Positions 48,997 through 59,250 are shown, numbered from the stretch's first letter. The stretch is DNA of 64,000 nt from Candidatus Omnitrophota bacterium (GCA_050250375.1 JBFWOS010000001.1:219346-283345), one strand, 5' to 3'. Translations and numbers: made by a program. The notes: generated by a model from the sequence alone, not told the origin.

Positions 48997-50466
48997 CTAA
49001 CTTTCTTTCTTGAAATGCGCCAGCGATTGCTGAAAAGCCGCCAGATCCGTATTGCTGGCAAGCACCAACAAAACATCTCCGCCCTCGATCACTGTTGACC
49101 CGGACGGAATAACAAATTTGTCGTTGCGAGAAACAAGCATGATCAGGCATTTTTCCGGAACGTTTAATTCGCGAATCATTTTGCCGATAGCGTCGGAATT
49201 ATAAGGCACAATGATATCGGTTAGTTCCGCATCAATACCTTCGACTTTCTCAAATTCTATAGGATATGCTTTCCTATCAGGCAAAGGTACATCCAGCTTT
49301 AGCAGTTTTGAAACCAGAGGAATTGATGTGCCCTGAATAAAAACAGAAGCAATAACAATGAAAAACACGATATTAAAAATTGTCTCAGCTTGAGGAATAC
49401 CTGCCGCGAGCGGAAATGTTGCTAAAATGATCGGAACTGATCCCCTCAATCCTACCCACGAAAGCATGATCTTTTTCGGCACGGCGAATTTAAACGGCAG
49501 TAAGCATAGAAAAACGCTTACTGGACGGGCAATGAACATAAGGACAATCATAACCAACAACCCTGTTCCAATAAGCGGAACCAAGTGAGACGGAAAAACG
49601 AGCAACCCTAAAGTCACGAACATGACAATTTGGCTGATCCAAGCCAAACCGTCATGAAACTTCATGATGGATTTCTTATTAGGAAATTCCGCCTGCGCTA
49701 GACCGAGCCCCGTAAGATAGACCGCAAGGATCCCGTTTCCCTTTAAAAGAACAGCAATAACGTAAGTAAACAAGATCAATGAGATTGTTATAACCGGATA
49801 AAGGCTTTCATAATCCAATTTAAGCCGCTTGATAAAGAAAACAATGGCCTTCGCCATTAAATAACCGACAAGCGCTCCCATTCCCATATCCAAAACGAAT
49901 CGCGGAATCAGCGAAACGACCCCTGAGCCTTTTACAGTCAGCAAACTCAACAGACCCATGGTCAAAAAGATAGCCATCGGGTCATTGCTACCGGACTCGA
50001 ATTCCAACAACGGCTTCAATGGTTTTTTCAGGCTGATGCGTTTTGATCTTAGAATAGCGAATACCGCGGCGGCATCTGTGGATGAAACGATAGAACCAAG
50101 CAATATTCCCTCTAACAGGGAAAACTTGAGAATATAAACGGCGAACAACCCGGTAATGATTGCCGTGACCAACACCCCCAAAGTCGAAAGCACAACCCCC
50201 GGGATAACAATGGACTTCGCGTCTTTCCAGTCAGTATCAAGTCCGCCTGAAAAGATAATGAAGATGAGCGCCAAAATACCGATATGCTTTGCCAGTTGAG
50301 CATTATCAAAATAAATTTTGCCAATCCCTTCCGATCCGGCAAGCATCCCAACCGCCAAAAATAACAATAAAACAGGAACCGCGAACTTGTCCGATATCTT
50401 GCTCGAGACAACGCTCGCGAACATTAAAACAGCCGCGCACAATAATATGGTTTCAAATGACCACAT
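48997..50466 (-). CDS. NhaP-type (CPA1) Na+/K+:H+ antiporter with a C-terminal RCK_C/TrkA-C domain
   Basis: The membrane core has 12-13 transmembrane helices. GSNDPMAIF is present. The C-terminal domain is VIEGGDVLLV, a TrkA-C-like motif. Confidence 0.8.
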   Translation of the reverse strand: MWSFETILLCAAVLMFASVVSSKISDKFAVPVLLLFLAVGMLAGSEGIGKIYFDNAQLAKHIGILALIFIIFSGGLDTDWKDAKSIVIPGVVLSTLGVLVTAIITGLFAVYILKFSLLEGILLGSIVSSTDAAAVFAILRSKRISLKKPLKPLLEFESGSNDPMAIFLTMGLLSLLTVKGSGVVSLIPRFVLDMGMGALVGYLMAKAIVFFIKRLKLDYESLYPVITISLILFTYVIAVLLKGNGILAVYLTGLGLAQAEFPNKKSIMKFHDGLAWISQIVMFVTLGLLVFPSHLVPLIGTGLLVMIVLMFIARPVSVFLCLLPFKFAVPKKIMLSWVGLRGSVPIILATFPLAAGIPQAETIFNIVFFIVIASVFIQGTSIPLVSKLLKLDVPLPDRKAYPIEFEKVEGIDAELTDIIVPYNSDAIGKMIRELNVPEKCLIMLVSRNDKFVIPSGSTVIEGGDVLLVLASNTDLAAFQQSLAHFKKES

Positions 50467-50798
50467 TTAAAAATTCTTCCTTTTGATCTGATCCCTTTGT
50501 CACATTTGGTTGCTGTCTTATAGTGATTACAAACCAGAAGCATTGCTTAATATTATCTTTTGTTTCAATAGTATACGTTGTATGCAAATTGTAGCAAGTC
50601 AAAAGTTACCAGAACATGGCAATATACTTTATTATGCAATCACACTTATCCCCTTTTCAAGTTGTCAATTTGGTATCTTAAATAAAAAATCCGAAAGCAA
50701 AGTGTTCGCTGAATTTTAGCTGTCAAAAAGAAAGCCGTTGTAACTCATTGAGCTACAACGGCTTATAAAACTCCCCCGCGAGGACTCGAACCTCGGAC

Positions 50799-51428
50799 CC
50801 AGTGGTTACGATCTGACTTCAGTTACCTGAAGAGTCGGACTTTCTCTTCACCGATCATTTCTGATTACGGCGGCGGGTGTAAAGTCTCTGCACTTGCCCT
50901 CCCCGCCACATTGTTTCGCTTTGCTTAAACATGCGAAACAGCGGGGATGCTAGCTCAGGATTGTCCCCAGCGTTTTGATTTGTTTGACTCATCAAAACGA
51001 ATCCGTGGGGATTTCCCTGATTTAGCCCGCTTTTCACTCTGGTGTTTCCACCAGAGGCTGCTAACTTTGAGCATGAAGTTCACGGTGACAGTTCGCGCAT
51101 AACATAATGCACTTATCCAATTCTGCCTTAACTTTATTCCAGCTTCGGGTATACCCTTTTGCGGAAATCGTAAAGTCTTTCTGAACCGGATCAATGTGAT
51201 GAAATTCCAGCGCATCTATACAACGATCATAACCGCAGCGTTCGCATTTCCCACCTTTATATGTCACCGCCATTGCACGTATTTTCTTTCTTCGTGCGTA
51301 AACGGCTTTAATGAGATACTCGCGCCGATCTTTGTATGTACGTTTGTCTTTCTTCACCCGATCACCCCCCTCATGCTTTTGTGTCAATTGAGACACTCGC
51401 CTTGTCTGTTTACAGACAAGGCTCGTGA
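50799..51428 (-). mobile_element. Putative group I intron in tRNA-Asn, inserted between positions 35 and 36 and carrying an HNH ORF
   Basis: Exon 1 ends in U and the intron ends in G, which is the group I rule. GNRA-capped hairpins occur near the 3' end, for example GACUCUUCAG-GUAA-CUGAAGUC. An ORF sits in a 5'-peripheral region and is followed by about 260 nt of structured core. Confidence 0.45.
51061..51396 (-). CDS. HNH homing-type endonuclease
   Basis: CERCGYDRCIDALEFHHIDPV...LCANCH is the HNH signature with zinc-binding Cys pairs. It lies inside the tRNA intervening sequence. Confidence 0.7.
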   Translation of the reverse strand: MSQLTQKHEGGDRVKKDKRTYKDRREYLIKAVYARRKKIRAMAVTYKGGKCERCGYDRCIDALEFHHIDPVQKDFTISAKGYTRSWNKVKAELDKCIMLCANCHRELHAQS

Positions 51429-51717
51429 ACAGCCACTTGCTCTACCAACTGAGCTACAGGGGAATAAATCTGTAAATTTTTTTAAAGAACAACTTCCCCT
51501 GGATTCCATGATTCTTAAGGGAAAATCCGTGCGGGGGAACGCAACCTGTTTGACAGGAATATAATCACAAGATTATATCTAAATACTCTGAAAAGTCAAC
51601 TGTCTAATTCAGACAAAATGACCGGCCATGAAGGCTGCCCTTTATTCCAGATTTTGTTTGGCAATCCCGCCCGCCTGCTTTACAATATGACCATTAATCT
51701 TATAAAATAAATTTCAT

Positions 51718-53898
51718 ATGATTTTTTTCGCCATCAATGTTTTTTTATCCGCGTTCCTGCTCTTTCAGATTGAGCTGATCATCGCCAATTTTTACCTGCC
51801 GATCTACGGCGGGAGTTACGCGGTGTGGGGGTCCTGCGTCGTCTTCTTCCAGACCGTGCTTCTGCTGGGATATTGTTTCGCCAAGTTTATTCCCGAAAAA
51901 ATCGGACTGTTTAATTACCGCAAATTCCACATCCTCTTCATGGCCCTCCCGCTGTTGTTTTTCCCGGGGCGCCCGCTGAAGATTTTCACTTTCAACGAAT
52001 CTTTGCCCATCACCTTTAACATCTTTGCCCAGCTGTTCCTCAATATCGGCGCGGTGTTTTTTGTGCTTTCCTCCTTGAGCGTGGTCAACCAGGTCTGGTT
52101 ATCCAAAACCAAACTCCAGACCAAAACCGATCCGTACATCCTGTTTTCCATCTCGAACCTCGGTTCATTCGGGGGACTCCTGACTTACCCGTTCTTTTTC
52201 GAAGAGCATTTCGGCGTTCAGCAGCAGCTGTTGTTCTGGAGGATCGGATATCTGTGTTTAATCGCCATTAACGTGTTTATCATGCTGCGCTTCAAAGTCC
52301 CGAAAGAAGAAAAAATTGCCGCAGCCCCGCTGGAACCGGTGGAACCCCGGACCATCATCCGCTGGCTTTTGTTGAGCGCGGCGGGCGTCGCGTTCTTTTT
52401 ATCCGTCACGAATGTGATCACGCTTGAAATTGTGCCCATGCCGCTTTTGTGGGTCATCCCCCTTTGTATTTACCTGATTTCTTTCACCTTCAATTTTAAA
52501 AGAAACCCGTGGTGCCCGTCCTGGATTGTGGACAAAATCCACATTTTCATCGGACTGGGAATTTTTATTCACTTCCTGGGCCAGAAAAAGACCATGCAGT
52601 TCCTGGTGGTCGCCGCGGTTTATTTCTTCCTGCTCTTTGTGTACTGCATGTACTGCCAGCGGGAACTCTACCGCACACGCCCCGGGACCGGGCGGCTGCC
52701 GTTTTTTTATGTGATCAACGCGCTCGGCGGATTTATCGGCGGGGTCTTTGTCAGCTGGATCGTCCCTTTGATCAATGATTCGCTGATTGAATTCATGTAT
52801 TCCCTTTTACTGCTGGCCCTGGCGCTCTGTGCCGGACCGCAACGCAAAAAGGCGGGTTTGTTTGACTGGATCCTGCTGGCGGGTTTATTCATCGTCATCT
52901 GGGGATATCCGCAAATCTTCACCGGGTACAGTTTGATCGGTTTGGCCCTGCTCGTTTTAAGTTATATTTATGTCTTCAGCCAGTGGCGGGAAAAATACAC
53001 CCTGATCGTGACCAGCCTGGTGCTGGTCATCGCCCTTAAATCGGTCGTCGGGTTTTACTGGCGGGTCAGGGATTTCACCTTCAGCCACCGCAACTATTAC
53101 GGCATTTACCATATTTATGTCGAAGATCAGAAAAAATATCTCCTGCACGGACAGATCATCCACGGCCTGCAATATGTCGACCCGGCCAAAGAAATGATCC
53201 CGCTCTTGTATTATCATCCGCAGTCCACCTACGGGGACCTCTTCACCTCGGACCGGTTCCATTTTAAGAATGTGGGGATCATCGGGCTGGGCATCGGAGT
53301 GCTGGCCGCCTACGCCAACCCCGGCCAGACCTACGATTTCTTCGAACTGGATTACGATGATTACCTGATCGCCAACAAATATTTTACGTTCCTCAAAAAC
53401 GCCCGGGGCAAGATCAATCATTACATCGGCGACGCCCGCCTGCGCATTGAAGACGCCCCGACCGATCATTACGACCTGTTTGTCGTGGACGCGTTTACCG
53501 GGGATTCGATCCCCAGCCATTTGATCACTTACGAGGCTGTCGAGCGTTACCGGCATCACCTCAAGAAAGACGGGATCATCTTCTTTCATATCAGCAACCG
53601 GTACCTGAGGCTCGGGCCCGTTCTGGGGCGCATCGCCGGAGAACTGGGCGCTTATTTCGCCTGGCAGCAGAAAATCCCGGAATCGGACAATGTGTTCGCG
53701 GCGACATGCGTGGCCATGACGTGGGACAAAGAAAAATACGATATCCTGGTCAACCACCTCCACTGGGATAAGATTGATACGTCCAAGACCGGTAAACAGC
53801 GTTTGTGGACGGACGATTATTCAAACATTTTATCGATTCTGAAGCTGGATACGATTTGGAAAAGTTTTACCCATTTTGATTATCTTAAATTGTTTTAG
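51718..53898 (+). CDS. Membrane-anchored spermidine-synthase-like (aminopropyl/methyltransferase-fold) protein
   Basis: There are about 12 N-terminal transmembrane helices. The C-terminal block GIIGLGIGVLA...DLFVVDAFTGDSIP is the spermidine synthase fold. Confidence 0.65.
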   Translation: MIFFAINVFLSAFLLFQIELIIANFYLPIYGGSYAVWGSCVVFFQTVLLLGYCFAKFIPEKIGLFNYRKFHILFMALPLLFFPGRPLKIFTFNESLPITFNIFAQLFLNIGAVFFVLSSLSVVNQVWLSKTKLQTKTDPYILFSISNLGSFGGLLTYPFFFEEHFGVQQQLLFWRIGYLCLIAINVFIMLRFKVPKEEKIAAAPLEPVEPRTIIRWLLLSAAGVAFFLSVTNVITLEIVPMPLLWVIPLCIYLISFTFNFKRNPWCPSWIVDKIHIFIGLGIFIHFLGQKKTMQFLVVAAVYFFLLFVYCMYCQRELYRTRPGTGRLPFFYVINALGGFIGGVFVSWIVPLINDSLIEFMYSLLLLALALCAGPQRKKAGLFDWILLAGLFIVIWGYPQIFTGYSLIGLALLVLSYIYVFSQWREKYTLIVTSLVLVIALKSVVGFYWRVRDFTFSHRNYYGIYHIYVEDQKKYLLHGQIIHGLQYVDPAKEMIPLLYYHPQSTYGDLFTSDRFHFKNVGIIGLGIGVLAAYANPGQTYDFFELDYDDYLIANKYFTFLKNARGKINHYIGDARLRIEDAPTDHYDLFVVDAFTGDSIPSHLITYEAVERYRHHLKKDGIIFFHISNRYLRLGPVLGRIAGELGAYFAWQQKIPESDNVFAATCVAMTWDKEKYDILVNHLHWDKIDTSKTGKQRLWTDDYSNILSILKLDTIWKSFTHFDYLKLF

Positions 53899-53943
53899 GC
53901 AGGCCTATTTCACGACCCCATTATAAACCTTAAGGAGGATACC

Positions 53944-54204
53944 ATGATCAAAGAAACGTGTTTAATCGATTTTATTGACGGGACATCCATGCGGTTTGAA
54001 TTCCAGGTGGACGGCAGCGACACGATGAGCGTCGCCAACGAGATCCACCGCATTGCGGACAGCCCCACGTTGTGTTTTGAGATTGACAACAAGCTGGTCT
54101 TTCTGCCGACCGCGAACATCCGCTCGATTGAAGTTTATCCGGCCCCGGCCAAGATCCCGTCGAATGTGCTGCGCGGCGCAACCAGCCTCGGAAACCGGCA
54201 ATAA
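53944..54204 (+). CDS. Small hypothetical protein
   Basis: An AAGGAGG RBS lies at 53929. Confidence 0.5.
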   Translation: MIKETCLIDFIDGTSMRFEFQVDGSDTMSVANEIHRIADSPTLCFEIDNKLVFLPTANIRSIEVYPAPAKIPSNVLRGATSLGNRQ

Positions 54205-54209
54205 CGTCT

Positions 54210-55397
54210 ATGCCTGGTTCAGACACGTTATACCCGACGAAATATTACCCCTTTCTGGACGGCCTGCGGGCCCTGTCGATTATATGGGTCATTAGCCATC
54301 ATATTCTTGTTTTTTTTGACCCGAGCGCGCTGGGCAAACCCTGGTTTATCCCGGTCCTTCTTTATGCCAAGATGGGCATGTTAGGGGTGGATATGTTTTT
54401 TGTCATCAGCGGTTTTCTGATCACCGGCCTGCTCTTAAACGACCTTGAAAACAAGGTCCGTCTTAAACGGTTCTATTTACGCCGGATGTTTAAAATCATC
54501 CCCTCTTATCTTTTGGCCGTATTGGGGGGGCTTCTTGTCCTTCATTTTTATCATGAGACGACTGTGTACAATTATGGAATTAAGGATTTCAACGATGGCA
54601 CGGTGCATTTCTTCAGAGGGAAAAGCATCATCAAGGCCAATTGGTCCCTGGTCTCAAACTACCTGCTGTTTATCCAGAATTATAAACGTCATCTCTTTAC
54701 CCTCGCGCACACCTGGTCCATCGCCGTTGAGGAGCATTTTTACCTGGGATACCCGCTGATTTTATGGGGAATTACCGCGTTCATAAAAAAGATCAGCCAC
54801 CGCCGTATCGCCCTTGTCTTGATCTTGTTATTATTAACCGCGGAAGTTTATTATTACCGTTTCTGGTGTATTGCCAACATGTTCAACCCGCCTTTTCAGA
54901 CCACTCTTTTCCGGATTGATGCCCTGATCTTCGGATGTCTTCTGCGGATCTTTGAACCGGCGATGCTGAAATTATTTTCCGGGAAAAAATTTCCCTATTC
55001 CTTAATGGCCCTGTTCATCGGATTGGCGTTTTATTGTTCGCTTTTTCTCGCTTCTTATATCAATTATTCATACACGCAGAGACCTTCGACCATCACACTC
55101 TATTATTATGCCGCGTATTATCTCGCCCCGGGCTTTGTGATCATCTCGGCGCTCCTTGGATTTAAACCGTTACTGGCTGTCCTGCAGAACAAATTCTTAA
55201 TCGGGATCGGTAAACAATCCTACGGCACTTATTTGTGGCATTATGTATTGATCCTTCCCTTTATAAGCCTGCAAAAATGGGTCCCTTCCCCGGTGGTTAT
55301 ATGTCTTTATTTTGGGTGTTCCCTTCTCGTCGGGTTCCTGAGCACCATTACGGTTGAGCGTTATTTTCTTAACTTACGCAGAAAATGGGCTCCTTAA
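54210..55397 (+). CDS. Acyltransferase family 3 (O-acyltransferase) membrane protein
   Basis: FLDGLRALSIIWVISHH is present. There are about 10 transmembrane helices. Confidence 0.7.
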   Translation: MPGSDTLYPTKYYPFLDGLRALSIIWVISHHILVFFDPSALGKPWFIPVLLYAKMGMLGVDMFFVISGFLITGLLLNDLENKVRLKRFYLRRMFKIIPSYLLAVLGGLLVLHFYHETTVYNYGIKDFNDGTVHFFRGKSIIKANWSLVSNYLLFIQNYKRHLFTLAHTWSIAVEEHFYLGYPLILWGITAFIKKISHRRIALVLILLLLTAEVYYYRFWCIANMFNPPFQTTLFRIDALIFGCLLRIFEPAMLKLFSGKKFPYSLMALFIGLAFYCSLFLASYINYSYTQRPSTITLYYYAAYYLAPGFVIISALLGFKPLLAVLQNKFLIGIGKQSYGTYLWHYVLILPFISLQKWVPSPVVICLYFGCSLLVGFLSTITVERYFLNLRRKWAP

Positions 55398-57160
55398 GCA
55401 TGCCTCCCCATCCCTTTAGTTTTAAACGCCTTATTATTTTAATATTCTTAACATTAATCACGTACAGCCCGGTTTTGTTTAACGGATTCGTCGGGGATGA
55501 TGAAGTCATCTTCCTCAAGAATGATTTTTACCATTCCATCGGCAATATTAAAGTCCTGTTTTCGAAGGATTATGTCACGGACCTGTCCCAGTATCACGGC
55601 AGCAAAGACGGGCGTTATCACGGCACGGGGGAGTGGTCGTACCGTCCGGTGCGCACCGCCTCTTATTTTCTGGATGCTTATCTGTACAAGTTCAACCCGT
55701 TCGGTTATCACCTGACCAACCTGCTGCTGCATACCGGCGCGGTGATCTTTTTGTATCTGGCCCTGCTTTATCTTTTGCCGTCGACCGCCGCGGCTTTTTT
55801 GACCGCACTGCTGTTCAGCCTTCATCCACTTCATCTGGAGGCCGTCGCCGGGATCAGTTACCGGACCGATACCCTGGCGGCCCTGTTTACGTTCGGGGCG
55901 TTTTGTTTTTATCTGAAACATGAACGACAGCCCGGTGAACAGATTCACGGGTTCCGGTACTTGTTCCTCTCCCTGCTGTTTTATATATTGGGAATTCTTT
56001 CCAAAGAGTCGGTGATTATTTTTCCGCTGATCATTTTTTTCCACGGCCTACTCGTGTCCAAAACCGGATTCGGCCGGGCTTTCGCGCGCGCGTCCGGATT
56101 TATCCTGATTGCCGCCATCTATCTCGTCCTGTATTTTTATGTCTTTAAAAATTCGTTTATCGGGAATGTCCCTTTTTCCCGTGAACCGTGGATGCCCCGC
56201 CTGATCACCTCGGGTGTCATCCTGGTCCATTACCTGACCTGGATTGTGTTTCCGCAGCAAGTCCATCTCTTGCCCGGATTGTTTACCCCGGCCGCCGGCT
56301 CTCTTACTGCCATCCCTTATTTACCGGCCGGTCTATGTTTGGCGGTTGCTGGCATTCTCCTGTGGACGGACAAGGAACGGCGCGCGACGGCGGTTTTCTT
56401 TTTATTATGGTTTCTGACGGCCTATCTTCCGGTATCCAACATCATCGCGCTGGCCAATCCGTGCGCCCACCGGTTCATGTATTTTCCGTCCGCGGGTATC
56501 TTCGCCCTCTTGTCGATGGCGATCATCCGCCTGACCCAGTCCCCAAAAGTTGCGGCGGTTTTGCCCCGTCTTCAGAACATGATTTTTTTCCTGCTCACCG
56601 GCCTGCTCATGATCCAGACCCTGCCGATGGCTTTTTTCTGGAAAAACAATCTGTCTGTGGCCACCCAGTGGGTTAAACACTATCCCGGATTTTTTAAAGG
56701 TTACGAAGTCCTCGCCCTGGAATATTTCAAACAACTCGACTGTGAGCGGACCCTCGGTTACGCCGGCAAAGCGATCACCCTCAACCCGTCGGTGGACCCG
56801 CGCATGCATTATGTCAAAGGCAGTTGTCTTGATTTGAATCATCCGGATAAGGAAGGTCAGCTTTTAAAGGCCGTTGACTACCAGCCCAATTTTATGCAGG
56901 CCCATTTTGAACTGGGAAAATTGTATTTTTCCCGCGGAGATTTTACCGGAGCTCTTCAGTCCTTTGAAACCGCCTATGCCCTGGCCCCGCAGTTCAACAC
57001 ATCCATTTACCTCATCAGGACATACCTGGCCCTGGGGCAGAGAAAAACGGCCGAACGGTTCTATTCCGACCTGTACGAAGAGAGCAAAGACAAAAGACAA
57101 AAACGATATCTGGATGAATTTTTCCTGAAGAGTTTTAGTGAATTCAGCCCTGTTCCATAA
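55385..57160 (+). CDS. Polytopic membrane protein with C-terminal TPR repeats (PMT/GT39-like architecture, tentative)
   Basis: There are 11 or more transmembrane helices, followed by TPR-like helices: AHFELGKLYFSRGDFTGALQSFETA. Confidence 0.6.
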   Translation: MGSLSMPPHPFSFKRLIILIFLTLITYSPVLFNGFVGDDEVIFLKNDFYHSIGNIKVLFSKDYVTDLSQYHGSKDGRYHGTGEWSYRPVRTASYFLDAYLYKFNPFGYHLTNLLLHTGAVIFLYLALLYLLPSTAAAFLTALLFSLHPLHLEAVAGISYRTDTLAALFTFGAFCFYLKHERQPGEQIHGFRYLFLSLLFYILGILSKESVIIFPLIIFFHGLLVSKTGFGRAFARASGFILIAAIYLVLYFYVFKNSFIGNVPFSREPWMPRLITSGVILVHYLTWIVFPQQVHLLPGLFTPAAGSLTAIPYLPAGLCLAVAGILLWTDKERRATAVFFLLWFLTAYLPVSNIIALANPCAHRFMYFPSAGIFALLSMAIIRLTQSPKVAAVLPRLQNMIFFLLTGLLMIQTLPMAFFWKNNLSVATQWVKHYPGFFKGYEVLALEYFKQLDCERTLGYAGKAITLNPSVDPRMHYVKGSCLDLNHPDKEGQLLKAVDYQPNFMQAHFELGKLYFSRGDFTGALQSFETAYALAPQFNTSIYLIRTYLALGQRKTAERFYSDLYEESKDKRQKRYLDEFFLKSFSEFSPVP

Positions 57161-57165
57161 AAAAA

Positions 57166-57195
57166 GGCCACCCGTTGCGGGTGGCCTAATTTTGA
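57166..57195 (+). terminator. Rho-independent terminator
   Basis: The stem is GGCCACCCG-ttgc-GGGTGGCC, followed by a T-rich tract. Confidence 0.5.
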
Positions 57196-57422
57196 GGGTT
57201 GATACTAGCTGCAAAAAACATTATATCCATTTTCCAGACGCTGTAAATCAACTGGTTTGTCAAACCCTGGTAATAAATTGCTTCCTTGTGTTCCTGCGGG
57301 ATGTATCAGTGAGTCCGGGTCTGTCACCTTGACGAAAATTCCCCTTTGTTATAGATTGAACTCTCCTGATGTAAACCCCGGCCCGGACATTCTGGCCGAC
57401 ATTAACCTGACACCTGAATTTA

Positions 57423-57971
57423 ATGATGAAAAAATACTTCGCCTGGTTTTTAACCGCAGGATTAATTTTACTTCCCGTTCAGGCGGTCGCCGCACAAAAA
57501 GACGACGCCAGGATCCTGGTTAACGGGTACCTCCTGGCCTTCCGGGATAAAAATGAATCCGGAATGAATGAGATCTACGACCGGATCTGGAAAGATCCGG
57601 CCGTTCTCGCGCTGGTTCAAGAGAACCATCCGCGGGAATACGCGCTGATCAATTTACGGACGATATTACGCCGGATTGATGACCTGGAAAGGCGTTATGG
57701 GCAAGGAACCGCCGCTCTCCCGTCTCCTTCCGGATCCCGGACAATCATCTTTACATCGTCCGATAACACCTCCGGAACATTGCTGGGGAACAGGGGGAAC
57801 CGTTCCTTAACAACCGGTTACCCCAATCAATACCGCTTGTCCAACCAAAGCCGGTCCCATTTATCCAACAGCCGCATCCGCCGGACAAATACCGACACAG
57901 TCAGGGCTTATTCCAATCAGGACCGCACCCGTCATCAAAGCAACCAGCAAAGGCTGCGCGGCCGCCGGTAA
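57423..57971 (+). CDS. Secreted hypothetical protein with an S/N/R-rich tail
   Basis: There is a signal peptide. Confidence 0.45.
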   Translation: MMKKYFAWFLTAGLILLPVQAVAAQKDDARILVNGYLLAFRDKNESGMNEIYDRIWKDPAVLALVQENHPREYALINLRTILRRIDDLERRYGQGTAALPSPSGSRTIIFTSSDNTSGTLLGNRGNRSLTTGYPNQYRLSNQSRSHLSNSRIRRTNTDTVRAYSNQDRTRHQSNQQRLRGRR

Positions 57972-57991
57972 CGGGATTCCTAGACCTGGCC

Positions 57992-58726
57992 TTATTGCTG
58001 CCGTCCCAAATCCGCGTTGGGCAGAACCTGCAGCTGCTCAAAGGAATTGATGATCTTCATAATGTCCTGCCGGTTAACGGTATTCTTGAACCGTTCAATC
58101 ACGTACGGGAACCTTAACAATTTACACACGAGCGCCAGCAAACGGACGTGGCTGCATTCATCCGGGGAACAAAGCAGAAAAAACAAGTGCACTTTTTTCT
58201 TGTCCGGAGCGTCGAAGTCAACCCCCGGGATTGATTTTGCCAGAATAACCTTCGGTTCCGCAAAAAGAATTCTTTGGGGAAACCGGGCGTGCGGCAGGGC
58301 TGCTCCGTTACCGATCCCGGTCGACATCTGCTTTTCGCGGTTTTCCAGTTCAATATACAAACTTTCATAAGAAGACGTCACCCTGTTCTCAAAGGCGATC
58401 CGGGCCAGTTTAGACAGGACCTGTTTTTTATTCTGCGCTTTAATATCCAGGTCGATCAACGACTCGCTGATCATCCGGCTTAACGGCAACGGTTTTTCCT
58501 GGGTGTTGATAATCAGATCCAGATCATTCCGGTCGGATTCAATGAGTTGTTTCTGGATCTGATGGTCAATGGCCACCAGGTGTCTGGGAGGAAAATCCGT
58601 TACCTCCGACTTGGCCAGTTTGGCGTATTGGTCCAGCGCCCCTCTGGTCCGGCGTTCGTACATTTTTATATATTGGGCTATTTCATGGGCTGTCATAATT
58701 CGATTGGTTTCCATATGGACCTCCAT
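57992..58726 (-). CDS. PTS EIIA(Ntr/Fru)-type domain regulatory protein
   Basis: GNGAALPHARF...HLFFLLCSP is the EIIA-2 pattern. There is an N-terminal domain of about 100 aa. Confidence 0.5.
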   Translation of the reverse strand: MEVHMETNRIMTAHEIAQYIKMYERRTRGALDQYAKLAKSEVTDFPPRHLVAIDHQIQKQLIESDRNDLDLIINTQEKPLPLSRMISESLIDLDIKAQNKKQVLSKLARIAFENRVTSSYESLYIELENREKQMSTGIGNGAALPHARFPQRILFAEPKVILAKSIPGVDFDAPDKKKVHLFFLLCSPDECSHVRLLALVCKLLRFPYVIERFKNTVNRQDIMKIINSFEQLQVLPNADLGRQQ

Positions 58727-58801
58727 CCATTAAAAAACAATTCTCCCGGTTCATAAAGTAAGCAATACCGGGCTGTTTAATTTAGGTGACTGTGATTGGA
58801 A

Positions 58802-59215
58802 TTAAACCAGGGCTGGAGGGGAACGTCCGCATTCGTAACGCTGGAAGATAAATAAGGAAAGCTTTTGATTAACCGGATTGACCCGCTCCCATGAATCGGG
58901 AATGGGCTGATTTAGAGCGCTTAGATTGGAAATGCCGAACGACTTTTCATGATCATCGGCATTCGTAATTCCCACCAATGTCAGCGGCATTAATAGTCTG
59001 GACGAAACCTGCCACTGATCTCCCCCTGCATCCCCCAGGCCAAAATCTTTAAAAAGAATGCCGGAGATATTGGAAGCCAGGATCAGAAAATAAACCCCGA
59101 AGGTAATCAGGGCGATGTTTTTCTTTAAACGTTTTTTAAAATGTAATATTGGTGTGTTCATAGGGTTAATGACCGTCCATCCTGTATCTGATAAATATAC
59201 TCTAAGACGGTCCAA
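58802..59215 (-). CDS. Hypothetical small membrane protein
   Basis: It is a weak call, based only on an open ORF with one transmembrane helix. Confidence 0.3.
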   Translation of the reverse strand: MDRLRVYLSDTGWTVINPMNTPILHFKKRLKKNIALITFGVYFLILASNISGILFKDFGLGDAGGDQWQVSSRLLMPLTLVGITNADDHEKSFGISNLSALNQPIPDSWERVNPVNQKLSLFIFQRYECGRSPPALV

Positions 59216-59250
59216 AGGTCAATGCCGGAACAAACTATCTATCGTCGCGG

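Larger units (their letters stand above)
50761..51463 (-). tRNA. tRNA-Asn(GUU), split in the anticodon loop by an intervening sequence of about 630 bp. Exon 1 is 51463-51429 and exon 2 is 50798-50761.
   Basis: Hand-folded cloverleaf. The acceptor stem UCCCCUG pairs with CGGGGGA, with one G-U. The D-arm is GCUC-AGUUGGUA-GAGC. The anticodon stem AGUGG pairs with CCACU. The anticodon loop is CU-GUU-AA. The T-arm is CGAGG-UUCGAGU-CCUCG. The discriminator is G. The overall sequence is very similar to E. coli tRNA-Asn. Confidence 0.7.

Noticed and set aside
50800-51120. Possible tmRNA (ssrA), suggested by a tRNA-like T-arm and acceptor 3' end followed by long structured RNA
   Set aside because: No tag-peptide reading frame of the ANDENYALAA type could be found. 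The 3' domain pairs perfectly with a tRNA-Asn 5' half 630 nt away, so it is a split tRNA with an intervening sequence.
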